This document shows, piece by piece, positions 1 through 8,113 of a stretch of 17,393 bases of DNA. Made by a program: the position numbers and the translations under genes. The notes under the pieces are model-generated. The model had not been told where the DNA came from, did not search any database, and saw only the letters and a program-made list of their open reading frames with translations. The stretch comes from Elainellaceae cyanobacterium (GTDB lineage Bacteria; Cyanobacteriota; Cyanobacteriia; CAZCXK01), in contig JBNPEG010000009.1 of NCBI GenBank assembly GCA_051117555.1, positions 1-17,393 on the forward strand, in the 5' to 3' direction. Numbering within the stretch: the stretch's first letter is position 1; every line of letters begins with the position of its first letter.

Positions 1-65
1 TGTTGGAGTCGTTGCTTCAGGTCGGCTTCACTCTCCGTAATCTCGATGATGAACGGGCGACCCAT
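1..65 (-). CDS. 5' end (partial, runs off window) of a probable IS630-family transposase / HTH protein, MGRPFIIEITESEADLKQRLQ...
   Basis: Manual translation of the minus strand from ATG at 65, with an SD-like GGAGGC (complement of gcctcc 75-80). The 'EI.ESE.DLK.RL' N-terminus resembles cyanobacterial IS630-type HTH transposase N-termini, by recall only and from only 21 codons. Confidence 0.55.
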   Translation of the reverse strand, partial: MGRPFIIEITESEADLKQRLQ

Positions 66-129
66 CGCTTGCTTGCCTCCTAGACTTTACAGCTCATATT
101 ATATGGACCTTCATATTAAATTGGTATTA
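1..129 (-). mobile_element. Probable left end of an IS630-like insertion sequence
   Basis: The partial transposase-like ORF above, plus a candidate terminus TA|ATACCAATTTAATATGAAG on the minus strand (about 109-129) starting at a TA, the IS630 target dinucleotide. The other end is outside the window, so the boundary is tentative. Confidence 0.4.
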
Positions 130-172
130 ACCAAACATGCACCGAAAATTGGGTTAAAGCGATCGCCATACC

Positions 173-210
173 ATTTTGGATTTTAGATTTTAGATTTGGG
201 ATTTGGGATT
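173..210. repeat. STRR-like heptamer tandem repeat (ATTTTGG ATTTTAG ATTTTAG ATTTGGG ATTTGGG ATT)
   Basis: About 5.4 tandem 7-mers read directly, bracketed by HIP1 sites at 159 and 217. Heptamer STRRs are typical of filamentous cyanobacteria. Confidence 0.85.
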
Positions 211-319
211 GCAAGTGCGATCGCCCCTTCTTACCTTCTAAATATGCGATCGCCCCTCTCTTTACCTGTTTTCCAACTCTTCCGGAATGCAGCGATCCGA
301 TTTTCCTGATCTGGAGTGG

Positions 320-573
320 AGGTCGAGAGCTGACACAACCAGGTTTTGCAGATACAAATGCTGCTTTAGACGTTTCGAAAATACATTTTGCGAATTAGAA
401 ATGTTGCTTCAGCCGTTGTAAAAGTAGACCTTAAAAGTACAAAAGCAGGATTTAAAGTTGCAAAAGCAGCTTTTGCAATTCGGAAAATATATTTCAAAAC
501 TTGCAAAAGTAGGTTTTGCAAGTACAAAAGCAGGATTTAAAGTTGCAAAAACAGGTTTTCTCAGCTCAAGATC
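320..573. repeat. Degenerate 21-bp-period tandem array, about 12 units, consensus roughly AGGTTTTGCAAGTNCAAAAGC
   Basis: Units start at 320, 341, 362, 383, 405, 426, 447, 468, 489, 511, 532, 553 (two units are 22 bp). Exact 31-bp duplication 435-465 = 520-550. Perfect 10-bp inverted repeats at 458-478 and 499-523. Confidence 0.85.
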
Positions 574-778
574 CGTGATTACTCGGTAGATCCTGGGCAA
601 GAGACTCGATTTGACCGATCGCGTCTCTCAAAAGTCTCGTGATTTTGCGAGGAGCGATCGCCCGTTCAGGAATGCCTTGTTTCAATCGGGGTTATCGAAA
701 TCGAATTGGGTGGTAGCCCGCGATCGCTAACAATTCATTCGTTGTAGAAATATAGATCGATGACAATCGACTCCAGGA

Positions 779-822
779 ATTAACGCTCCGATTATCTATT
801 CTTAAACATCGCAAAGTAAATT
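779..822 (+). promoter_or_regulatory. Candidate Pho box (SphR/PhoB) plus -10 element upstream of phoX
   Basis: Three octamers at 11-bp period (ATTAACGC 779, GATTATCT 790, CTTAAACA 801) match the cyanobacterial CTTAACCT consensus at 5/8, 4/8 and 6/8. TAAATT lies at 817-822, and the downstream gene is a phosphatase. Confidence 0.4.
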
Positions 823-925
823 AACAATCCGTGCGTTAATTTTCAGAAACGACTGGATGTCTAACGCGACATTTTATAGATCATCGCCGATCTCACCTGG
901 AGAACTTACTGAAGAGTATTGTCAT

Positions 926-3124
926 ATGAATCTTAAGCGCAGACATTTTCTAATGTTCTTGGGCGCAAGCGCTGGTTCGATGGTGCTTACACCGCTTGCC
1001 AAAAATGGTCAGTTTTTAATGCCATTTCAGACAAGTGCTGCTGCAAGCACGCCAGATGGATTGAGCTTCAATCCAATTAAAAGCGCAATGCCAATTGAAA
1101 CGGATGGCATTGATATTACCAATCAAATCGTTGAATACAGCGAATTTAGTGTCGCCGACGATTTTATCGTTCCAGATGGGTTCACCTATGACCTAATTGG
1201 TGCATGGGGCGATCCGATTGGTGATTCCAGATTTGGCTACAACAACGACTATCTTTCGTTTGTTGAAACCGCACCCAACGAAGGATACCTGACCATCAAT
1301 TTTGAGTACATCAGCGGCATGGCTTGGATGCAAGCCTATCCCGCAGTCATCGGTCAGTCTCTGCCATTTGAAGACGTGATTGCAGCGGCAGCAGAAACGG
1401 AGGGCACGATTAATGCGTTTGCCTTGCCAGACGATGATCCGCTGAAGGCAAAGATTATCGAAATCTCAAAAGAAGGACTGATCGACCAGGGCATCGGGGT
1501 AATTTCGCTCCGCCTTGAGAATGGGCAGTGGGTGAGAACATTTTCCGATGCCGATCGCCGCATTACCGGCATTTCTGGACTAGACGATGGACGCTATTTG
1601 GGTGCCACTGGACCAGCCGTTGCGGTATTTAATAAGCCTGAGAAAATGGGCTACGACGATGGACTGGGTAGCCAAATCATCGGCACTATCCAAAACTGCG
1701 CGGGGGGTACCACGCCTTGGGGAACAGTGCTCAGCGCAGAAGAAAACTTCCAAGATCAAGTCCATGAGCCAGTTATGGCAGATGGTTCGTCGTTTGATCC
1801 ATCCAATACGCCGTTTGTGATGACCGAATCCGATGTGGATGGACGGGGTAACACCTTTGGTATGGCTGGCAACAAGTATGGCTGGATGGTCGAAGTTGAT
1901 CCTGCGAATCCAGACGACTATGGCACCAAGCATACCTGGCTAGGACGGTTCCGCCACGAGGCAGTGGCAGTTCGGGCGATCGCCGGGGCACCTGTAGCCA
2001 TGTACTCAGGGTGCGATCGCCGAGGCGGGCATCTATATAAGTTTGTCAGCACGGGCACGGTCATTGAGCCCACTGATAAATCCAATTCGGCGCTCATGGA
2101 AGACGGAATGCTGTATGCGGCTCAGTTTAATCCGGATGGCACCGGCACATGGATTCCTCTAAAAGCAGACACAGCCGTTAACCCTGTCATGCCCAGCACC
2201 ATCGCGGGTGGGATGATTACCTTACCCCTCCGCCCAGAGGGTGGCATTTTTGAAGCCACGTCGGATGACGAGATTCAAGCCTTTAAGGAGCAGTACAGCA
2301 CGCTCGCCAATCTCTACACCGGAACCGACTCAGAAATTCAGGGGGCAATTTTAATCGACGCCCACTTTGCAGCAAATGCGGCTGGGGCAACGCCAACCGC
2401 TCGCCCTGAAGATACGGACGTTTCAGCAGATGGCACGCTGTATATTGCCTATACCTCTGGGAGCCCTGGCGGTGATGGAGGTCCTGATACTCGGATTTTT
2501 GTCGGTCCGAATGGCGAAACCGAGTATGAGTATGGGTTCATCATGAAGCTGGTTGAAGATGGCAGCGATCCGGCGTCAATGACCTTCACATGGGAGATGA
2601 TGGCGCTTGGTGGCGAGCCCGCCGCCGGGGGTCTAGGATTTGCCAACCCAGATAACTTCGAAATCGACCGTAACGGTCATTTGTGGATGGTGACAGACAT
2701 GTCAACCAGCTCTCACAATAAAGCGCTACCCAGCCGAATTGATGCTGAGGGCAACCCAGTTGACGATGTGAGGGGGCTGTTTGGCAACAACTCGATTTGG
2801 TTTATTCCCACCTCGGGGGAACAGGCTGGCAAGGCATATTTGTTTGGCTATGGCCCTATGGAATGCGAGGTCTGCGGTCCATTTTTAACGCCTGACCAGC
2901 AAACCTTGTTCCTTGCCGCTCAGCATCCTGGCGAAACCAATGGCATCCGGCAGGAAATGGCGGCTGAAATGCGTCAGTATGCGATGAAAACCACCGATGG
3001 ACAAAAGTTTATGCAAAATCGAGAGGTTCCTCTCGGATCAAACTGGCCCGGTAAGACGGCAAGCGATTTTCCTCGACCGGGTGTGATTGCAGTTCGCCGC
3101 ACCGACGGAGAGCCGTTGAGCTAG
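926..3124 (+). CDS. phoX: PhoX-family (DUF839) alkaline phosphatase with Tat signal peptide
   Basis: Twin-arginine signal MNLKRRHFLMFLG. Motifs FGYNNDY, NCAGGTTPWGTVLSAEEN, GRFRHEA, RPED, NPDN, CEVCGP, QHPGE. Start 926 is preferred over 857 because it puts the Tat motif at the N-terminus and follows GAAGAG. Confidence 0.92.
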   Translation: MNLKRRHFLMFLGASAGSMVLTPLAKNGQFLMPFQTSAAASTPDGLSFNPIKSAMPIETDGIDITNQIVEYSEFSVADDFIVPDGFTYDLIGAWGDPIGDSRFGYNNDYLSFVETAPNEGYLTINFEYISGMAWMQAYPAVIGQSLPFEDVIAAAAETEGTINAFALPDDDPLKAKIIEISKEGLIDQGIGVISLRLENGQWVRTFSDADRRITGISGLDDGRYLGATGPAVAVFNKPEKMGYDDGLGSQIIGTIQNCAGGTTPWGTVLSAEENFQDQVHEPVMADGSSFDPSNTPFVMTESDVDGRGNTFGMAGNKYGWMVEVDPANPDDYGTKHTWLGRFRHEAVAVRAIAGAPVAMYSGCDRRGGHLYKFVSTGTVIEPTDKSNSALMEDGMLYAAQFNPDGTGTWIPLKADTAVNPVMPSTIAGGMITLPLRPEGGIFEATSDDEIQAFKEQYSTLANLYTGTDSEIQGAILIDAHFAANAAGATPTARPEDTDVSADGTLYIAYTSGSPGGDGGPDTRIFVGPNGETEYEYGFIMKLVEDGSDPASMTFTWEMMALGGEPAAGGLGFANPDNFEIDRNGHLWMVTDMSTSSHNKALPSRIDAEGNPVDDVRGLFGNNSIWFIPTSGEQAGKAYLFGYGPMECEVCGPFLTPDQQTLFLAAQHPGETNGIRQEMAAEMRQYAMKTTDGQKFMQNREVPLGSNWPGKTASDFPRPGVIAVRRTDGEPLS

Positions 3125-3250
3125 ATCTGATCTAGATCTGATGAGATAGCTCAACGCCTTAAGGCGATTCGGACGGTGAGTTTGGGTAGTGCCAGACTCA
3201 CTGTTTCGTGGTTGAGGTAAGGTGCGTTCTTCTTTCTGGTAGGGGGGAGA

Positions 3251-5086
3251 TTAGTTTTCCAACATTTGCAGCTTATACAGGCTGGCATAGAGCCCTTCCT
3301 GCTGAAGCAATTCGTCGTGGCTTCCGGCTTCAATCAGTCGCCCTTGCTTTAAGACAAAGATTCGATCGACGTTGCGAATCGTGGATAGACGGTGCGCGAT
3401 AATGATTGCGGTTCTGCCCTTAAGCAAGTCTTCAAGCGCCTCCTGAATGATCGCCTCGGTGCCCACATCCAGATTGGCAGTCGCTTCGTCTAACACGAGA
3501 ATGGAAGGATCTCGCACCGCTGCGCGAGCAAAGGCTAAAAGCTGTTTTTGTCCGCCCGATAAGTTATTGCCCCGTTGTCGAAGCTCAGTATCATACCCGT
3601 TGGGAAGCTGCTCAATATATTGCGCAACATTGGTCTGTTCGGCAGCTTGGCGAATTTCATCGAAGGTGTAGGGTTCACCTAGGGCAATATTACTTTTGAC
3701 ATCGCCCGCAAATAGAAATCCATCCTGGAGAATGACTGCCATGCGCTGCCTCAATTCGGCTTGAGGCAAATCGCGGATATCGATGCCGTCTAGTAAAATG
3801 CGTCCTTCATTAATTTCATACAGGCGACAAAGCAAGCGAATCACGGAGCTTTTTCCAGCCCCGGTTGGCCCAACCAATGCTACTTTTTCACCCGGATGAA
3901 TCGTAAAGTCTAAATCATGCAGCACGTATTCATCGGGTTTATAGCCAAACCAAACGTGCTCAAATCGGATTTCGCCCGATGGAGACGACGGCTTGGCGAT
4001 CGCGGGTACTTGTGCCTGAGTGATGGGCTGCTCTGGATCCCGAATTTCAATAGGTTCTGACATTAGATCATTGACCCGCTCTAACGCCGTCAGCCCTGCT
4101 TGAATGATGGTAAATTTTTCAGCAAATTGCCGCAGCGGATTAAATAATCGTTGTGCAAACAAGATAAATGTCGTGAGCGTTCCGAGTTCAATTCGCTCTC
4201 GCATCACTAAAAAACCACCCAGCCAGAGCACTCCACCAATCGCTACAAAGCCAATCCACTCTAGCGTTGCAGAAACCGCTGAATCGTACCGAATCGTGCG
4301 GTCAACCTCGGTAATGTATCGAGTATTAATCTTGTGATAGAGCTGGCTGTTGAATCGTTCTCGACGAAACAGTTGCACCACTTCAACGCCGACAATGTTT
4401 TCCTGCAAGTTAGAGTTGAGCGCCGATAGTTCTTCCCGAGCGCGATAATTTGCCTGTCGATAGCGCTGCTGAAGATAAACCACGATCGCCGTAACCGGTA
4501 TGAGCATCAAAATCAGCATTAATGCAAGCTGCCACTGCTGCCAAAACATTACGACAGCAATGACCAACATCGAAAACAAATCACCCAGAATACCAACGGC
4601 TCCGGTAGCAAAGACATCTCCCAGTGCCTCAACGTCGCTAGTTAGACGAGTAATCAATCGCCCCACCGGGGTTCGATCAAAAAACCGAGTTGCAAGCGAT
4701 GTCACATGATCAAACAAATCATTGCGAATGTCAGCCGTGATTTGTTGCCCAACCTTGAGAATTTGGTAGCCCTGCACCCCATCTAACAACAGCTTGATGA
4801 CGATGGTTACTGCCAATAACCCAATCAAAATATTTAAGCCGCTCGAGAGCGATCGCTCCTCTAGAAACCAGACCACGGGCTCATTGCGAATCAAGGATAC
4901 GGCTTGACCAATTAAAATAGGCTGAACCGCTTCTGCCAGAGACAGCGGAATTAGCAGGGTCACCGCAATTGCAAGCAGTCGTTTATGCCGTAACGCATAA
5001 GGAAAAAGGATCTGAAACAATCGCCAATCTGTTTGAGGCGATCGCTCTCTCTGCGTAAGCTCTGTTGGAGGTGATGCGCTGGTCAT
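3251..5086 (-). CDS. ABC exporter, fused transmembrane + ATP-binding domains (MsbA/MdlB-like half transporter)
   Basis: N-terminal TM helices, Walker A GPTGAGKS, signature LSGGQKQ, Walker B ILVLDEAT, H-loop AHRL. Confidence 0.95.
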   Translation of the reverse strand: MTSASPPTELTQRERSPQTDWRLFQILFPYALRHKRLLAIAVTLLIPLSLAEAVQPILIGQAVSLIRNEPVVWFLEERSLSSGLNILIGLLAVTIVIKLLLDGVQGYQILKVGQQITADIRNDLFDHVTSLATRFFDRTPVGRLITRLTSDVEALGDVFATGAVGILGDLFSMLVIAVVMFWQQWQLALMLILMLIPVTAIVVYLQQRYRQANYRAREELSALNSNLQENIVGVEVVQLFRRERFNSQLYHKINTRYITEVDRTIRYDSAVSATLEWIGFVAIGGVLWLGGFLVMRERIELGTLTTFILFAQRLFNPLRQFAEKFTIIQAGLTALERVNDLMSEPIEIRDPEQPITQAQVPAIAKPSSPSGEIRFEHVWFGYKPDEYVLHDLDFTIHPGEKVALVGPTGAGKSSVIRLLCRLYEINEGRILLDGIDIRDLPQAELRQRMAVILQDGFLFAGDVKSNIALGEPYTFDEIRQAAEQTNVAQYIEQLPNGYDTELRQRGNNLSGGQKQLLAFARAAVRDPSILVLDEATANLDVGTEAIIQEALEDLLKGRTAIIIAHRLSTIRNVDRIFVLKQGRLIEAGSHDELLQQEGLYASLYKLQMLEN

Positions 5087-5226
5087 GCAACGTTGTCAAT
5101 CTAACGTTCTCAATTTGATTAAAAATGGGCACCGCTCTCCAACTGTAACGCACTAGGTCACATTCAACCTCAATGGGCGATCGCGCTGATACAGTCCTCC
5201 TATTCCGACACAGCCATAACCCATGC

Positions 5227-5252
5227 AAAAAGGCAGGCGATCGCCTACCCTT
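5227..5252 (-). terminator. Rho-independent terminator-like hairpin downstream of the Hlip gene, centred on a HIP1 site
   Basis: Minus strand AAGGGTAGGC-GATC-GCCTGCCTTTTT: 10-bp stem with G-U pairs followed by a U-run, about 45 nt after the stop codon. Confidence 0.6.
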
Positions 5253-5296
5253 CACACTTCAACGAGTGCTAAATACCCGTAACCTAGGCGGTTTAC

Positions 5297-5713
5297 CTAG
5301 ACAATATTAAAGAAACTGAGTACGCCTTGCCCTGTGATTAGCTCAATCGCAACAATGATTGCAAAACCAACCATCGCAGCCCGACCGTTCAATATTTCTG
5401 CCTGTCGAGTAAACCCAAACCGAGTCTCATCTTGACGATATACCGGCGGCTGAATGGGCGTATTATTTAATCGACCTGATTCACTAACGGTGTATCCACC
5501 CGTCGTTTTCAAATCAGTGCCTTCTTCGCTTTGCTCAGCAGCTTTTATATCTGCTTTGCCTTGCTTAAATCCTTCTTTTGACACAGCAGGCACTTCTGGA
5601 TCAACCGCTTCACCGACAGGCTGAGCCATCTGAACGCCCCACTGATCACCAGCAGCCCCCTTTCCAGGACGTGCTTCTCTAACAACATTCTCTTGTTCAT
5701 TTTGGGTAGACAT
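5297..5713 (-). CDS. High-light-inducible protein (Hlip / CAB-like, HliA/B type) with long N-terminal extension
   Basis: C-terminal chlorophyll-binding helix FGFTRQAEILNGRAAMVGF...ELITGQG (ExxNGR motif), preceded by an HliA/B-like 'GYTVSESGRLNNTPIQPPVY' segment. Confidence 0.9.
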   Translation of the reverse strand: MSTQNEQENVVREARPGKGAAGDQWGVQMAQPVGEAVDPEVPAVSKEGFKQGKADIKAAEQSEEGTDLKTTGGYTVSESGRLNNTPIQPPVYRQDETRFGFTRQAEILNGRAAMVGFAIIVAIELITGQGVLSFFNIV

Positions 5714-6090
5714 AGCAACGTCTCTCCCTCTGCTCTCTAATTAACTTTTTTTAATATACTGAGACTGTCAGAGTCCAAACTCTATCATTAGCAGTGTTTC
5801 AGCCTCCATCTAAGGAGTTATTCCCGATTGAATGACAAAAGAAGAGATATATTTTCTTTAAACCAAGCGGCCTTGCCCGTTCTTAGGGCGATCGCTCCAA
5901 GACCCAATCATTTTCCTCTAATTGTCTGACCCTGTTCAAAAAGGCAGAGGGTCTACCTTATAAGTTTGTTTATCCCCACTCAAGCTGGGACCATAATTTC
6001 TTGGATTCGCTAAAATTCGACACAAAAAATTTGATACAAACCATAAAAAAAGAACACCAAGTTTGGTTAAAACTTATTAAATTATGTTTA

Positions 6091-6104
6091 GTAGTCGCGT
6101 ATAC
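6091..6104. promoter_or_regulatory. Candidate NtcA box GTA-N8-TAC overlapping a TATACT -10-like hexamer
   Basis: GTAGTCGCGTATAC matches GTA-N8-TAC, and TATACT lies at 6100-6105. A 6-bp motif, so a chance match is possible. Confidence 0.3.
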
Positions 6105-6295
6105 TGGAGCAGATGAAGGGGGATCAGACGCGCTGCCTCTGCCTTCGTAAAGATACTCTAGCCGACTTCGCGGAACGATTCCCCATGAGTCATTTAGAAA
6201 GCGTTTGGTTTAGCAGCCGAGTGGGTTGTAATCCAGCTAAGACGCTTTTTTAATGGTTCGGGATGTCGATCTCTGCTTACAGAGGCATTTAAGGC

Positions 6296-8026
6296 GTGAG
6301 TCAATTTAAATTAAACCGGTTAAGGCACTACGACCTCAAGGTGATTGGCCAATACTATCGGCTTCGACCTTGGAGAGTTGTCTGGAGAGCTTTAACGATT
6401 GTCTGGAACTTCGCAAAGTTTTTTCTAGGCTTAAAGTGGGACGAGCTACACGATCAGTCAGAAATACGTAAGCTTAAGCGAGCAACTCAGCTCCGTCACA
6501 TTTTGACGCGACTGGGGCCAACCTACATTAAAGTGGGTCAGGCTCTCTCTACTCGTCCTGATCTGATTCGGAAAGATTTCCTAGAAGAGTTGGTGAAGCT
6601 ACAAGACCAGCTTCCCCCGTTTCCGAATGCTGAGGCGTTTGCGATTATCGAGTCAGAGCTAGATCGCAGCATTGACGAAACATTTCGACAGATTTCTCCT
6701 CATCCCGTTGCAGCGGCGAGTCTGGGACAAGTGTATCGAGCATGGTTACATACCGGGCAAGAGGTTGCCGTGAAGGTGCAACGCCCAAATCTTTTGCCTG
6801 TTATCACGCTTGACTTGTTTTTGATGCGATGGGCATCCGGGTGGATTTCTCCTTGGCTCCCTCTCAACCTTGGGCACGATCTAAAGCTGATCGTGGATGA
6901 ATTTGGCACCAAGCTGTTTGAGGAGGTCGATTATATCAACGAGGGGCGGAACGCAGAGAGGTTTGCTGCTAATTTTCAAGATGATTTGCAAGTCAAGGTT
7001 CCGTCCATTTATTGGCGGTATAGCAGCATTCATGTCTTGACGCTGGAGTGGATCAATGGGTTCAAGCTAACAAAGCTCGCAGATATTGAATCGTCTGAAC
7101 TCGACTCAGATGCTCTCATCGAAATCGGCGTTACTGCAGGGCTTCAGCAACTCCTTGAGCACGGCTTCTTTCATGCAGATCCACATCCAGGCAACTTGTT
7201 CGCGATGCCGGATGGTCGGATGGCTTATATCGATTTCGGCATGATGGATCAGCTAGGGCAAGAGATGAAAGAAACCTTAGTTGATTCGGTTGTTCATCTG
7301 ATTAATAAAGACTATGAAGAACTCGCGCACGATTTTGTGAAACTTGGTTTTTTGACCCCTGATACCGACATCTATCCCATTATTCCAGCCCTGGAAGCTG
7401 TGTTTGATAAAGCCATTGGTGAGAGTGTCAGAGACTTTAATTTCAAAACAATTACCGACCAGTTTTCGGAACTCATGTACGAGTATCCGTTTCGAATTCC
7501 AGCTAAATTTGCGCTGATTATTCGCTCACTGGTTACTCAAGAAGGATTAGCACTAAGCCTAAATTCTAATTTCAGAATCGTCGAGGTGGCTTATCCGTAT
7601 GTTGCACGCCGATTATTAACGGAAGAATCACCAGAATTCCGGCGACGATTAATTGAGGTGCTGTTTAAGGACGGCAAGTTTCAGTGGCATCGCTTAGAAA
7701 ATCTAATTGCGATCGCCCGTACCAATGAGAGCTTTGACATCTTTCCGACTGCTCAAATTGGCATACAATACCTTCTCTCTGATGAGGCACGCTCTTTGAG
7801 ACGGCAGCTTGTGCTAGCACTCGTCGAAGATGACCGCATTCATACGGAAGAAGTCCAGCGGTTGTGGAACTTGATTAAAGGAGACTTGCACCCCGAACGC
7901 ATATTCAATGCGGCGCTTGGGGCTTTAACCGAATTTTCAGCCGAACGGGCTGCTTCATTTTTGCCGGCAATGACAAATTTAGCAGCATTTCAGCCATCTC
8001 AAGACTCATTGGGTGGCCCTAATTAA
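6296..8026 (+). CDS. AarF/ABC1/UbiB family atypical protein kinase
   Basis: LGPTYIKVGQALSTRPD, AAASLGQVY, VAVKVQRP, FFHADPHPGN, DFGMM motifs. GTG start. Confidence 0.95.
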   Translation: MSQFKLNRLRHYDLKVIGQYYRLRPWRVVWRALTIVWNFAKFFLGLKWDELHDQSEIRKLKRATQLRHILTRLGPTYIKVGQALSTRPDLIRKDFLEELVKLQDQLPPFPNAEAFAIIESELDRSIDETFRQISPHPVAAASLGQVYRAWLHTGQEVAVKVQRPNLLPVITLDLFLMRWASGWISPWLPLNLGHDLKLIVDEFGTKLFEEVDYINEGRNAERFAANFQDDLQVKVPSIYWRYSSIHVLTLEWINGFKLTKLADIESSELDSDALIEIGVTAGLQQLLEHGFFHADPHPGNLFAMPDGRMAYIDFGMMDQLGQEMKETLVDSVVHLINKDYEELAHDFVKLGFLTPDTDIYPIIPALEAVFDKAIGESVRDFNFKTITDQFSELMYEYPFRIPAKFALIIRSLVTQEGLALSLNSNFRIVEVAYPYVARRLLTEESPEFRRRLIEVLFKDGKFQWHRLENLIAIARTNESFDIFPTAQIGIQYLLSDEARSLRRQLVLALVEDDRIHTEEVQRLWNLIKGDLHPERIFNAALGALTEFSAERAASFLPAMTNLAAFQPSQDSLGGPN

Positions 8027-8038
8027 CGTCATCAGTCG

Positions 8039-8075
8039 AGGGTAGGGAGAAACTGCGCAAGCATTGCCCTACCCT
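8039..8075. repeat. GTAG...CTAC REP-like hairpin between convergent genes (possible terminator or mRNA 3' stabiliser)
   Basis: AGGGTAGGG (8039-8047) and CCCTACCCT (8067-8075) form a 9-bp inverted repeat containing GTAG/CTAC. Confidence 0.5.
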
Positions 8076-8113
8076 GGGTCAATAGAGTTTACGGGGGGAG
8101 TTATTCTCTAAAT

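Noticed and set aside
320..573. CRISPR array interpretation of the periodic repeats
   Set aside because: The period is 21 bp, with contiguous degenerate units and no repeat-spacer alternation. No cas genes in the window.
409..600. 63-aa minus-strand ORF (MPRIYRV...)
   Set aside because: It lies in the repeat array, leaves the heptad register midway, has a non-ATG start and shows no recognisable domain. Not called as a CDS.
679..702. GTTTCAATC...GAAATC resembling a cyanobacterial CRISPR repeat
   Set aside because: Single, short, imperfect copy with no second repeat.
857..925. Longer phoX start given by the ORF track
   Set aside because: It would bury the Tat motif 23 residues deeper. ATG 926 has a purine-rich upstream sequence.
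3121..3142. CTAGATCTGAT x2 at the phoX stop
   Set aside because: An 11-bp local duplication with no evidence of function or of an associated element.
5780..5817. CTCTATCATTAGCAG / CTCCATCTAAGGAG motifs upstream of the Hlip gene, and a search for an HLR1 (RpaB) site
   Set aside because: Weak similarity only. No convincing TTACA-type direct repeat was found, so no regulator can be assigned.
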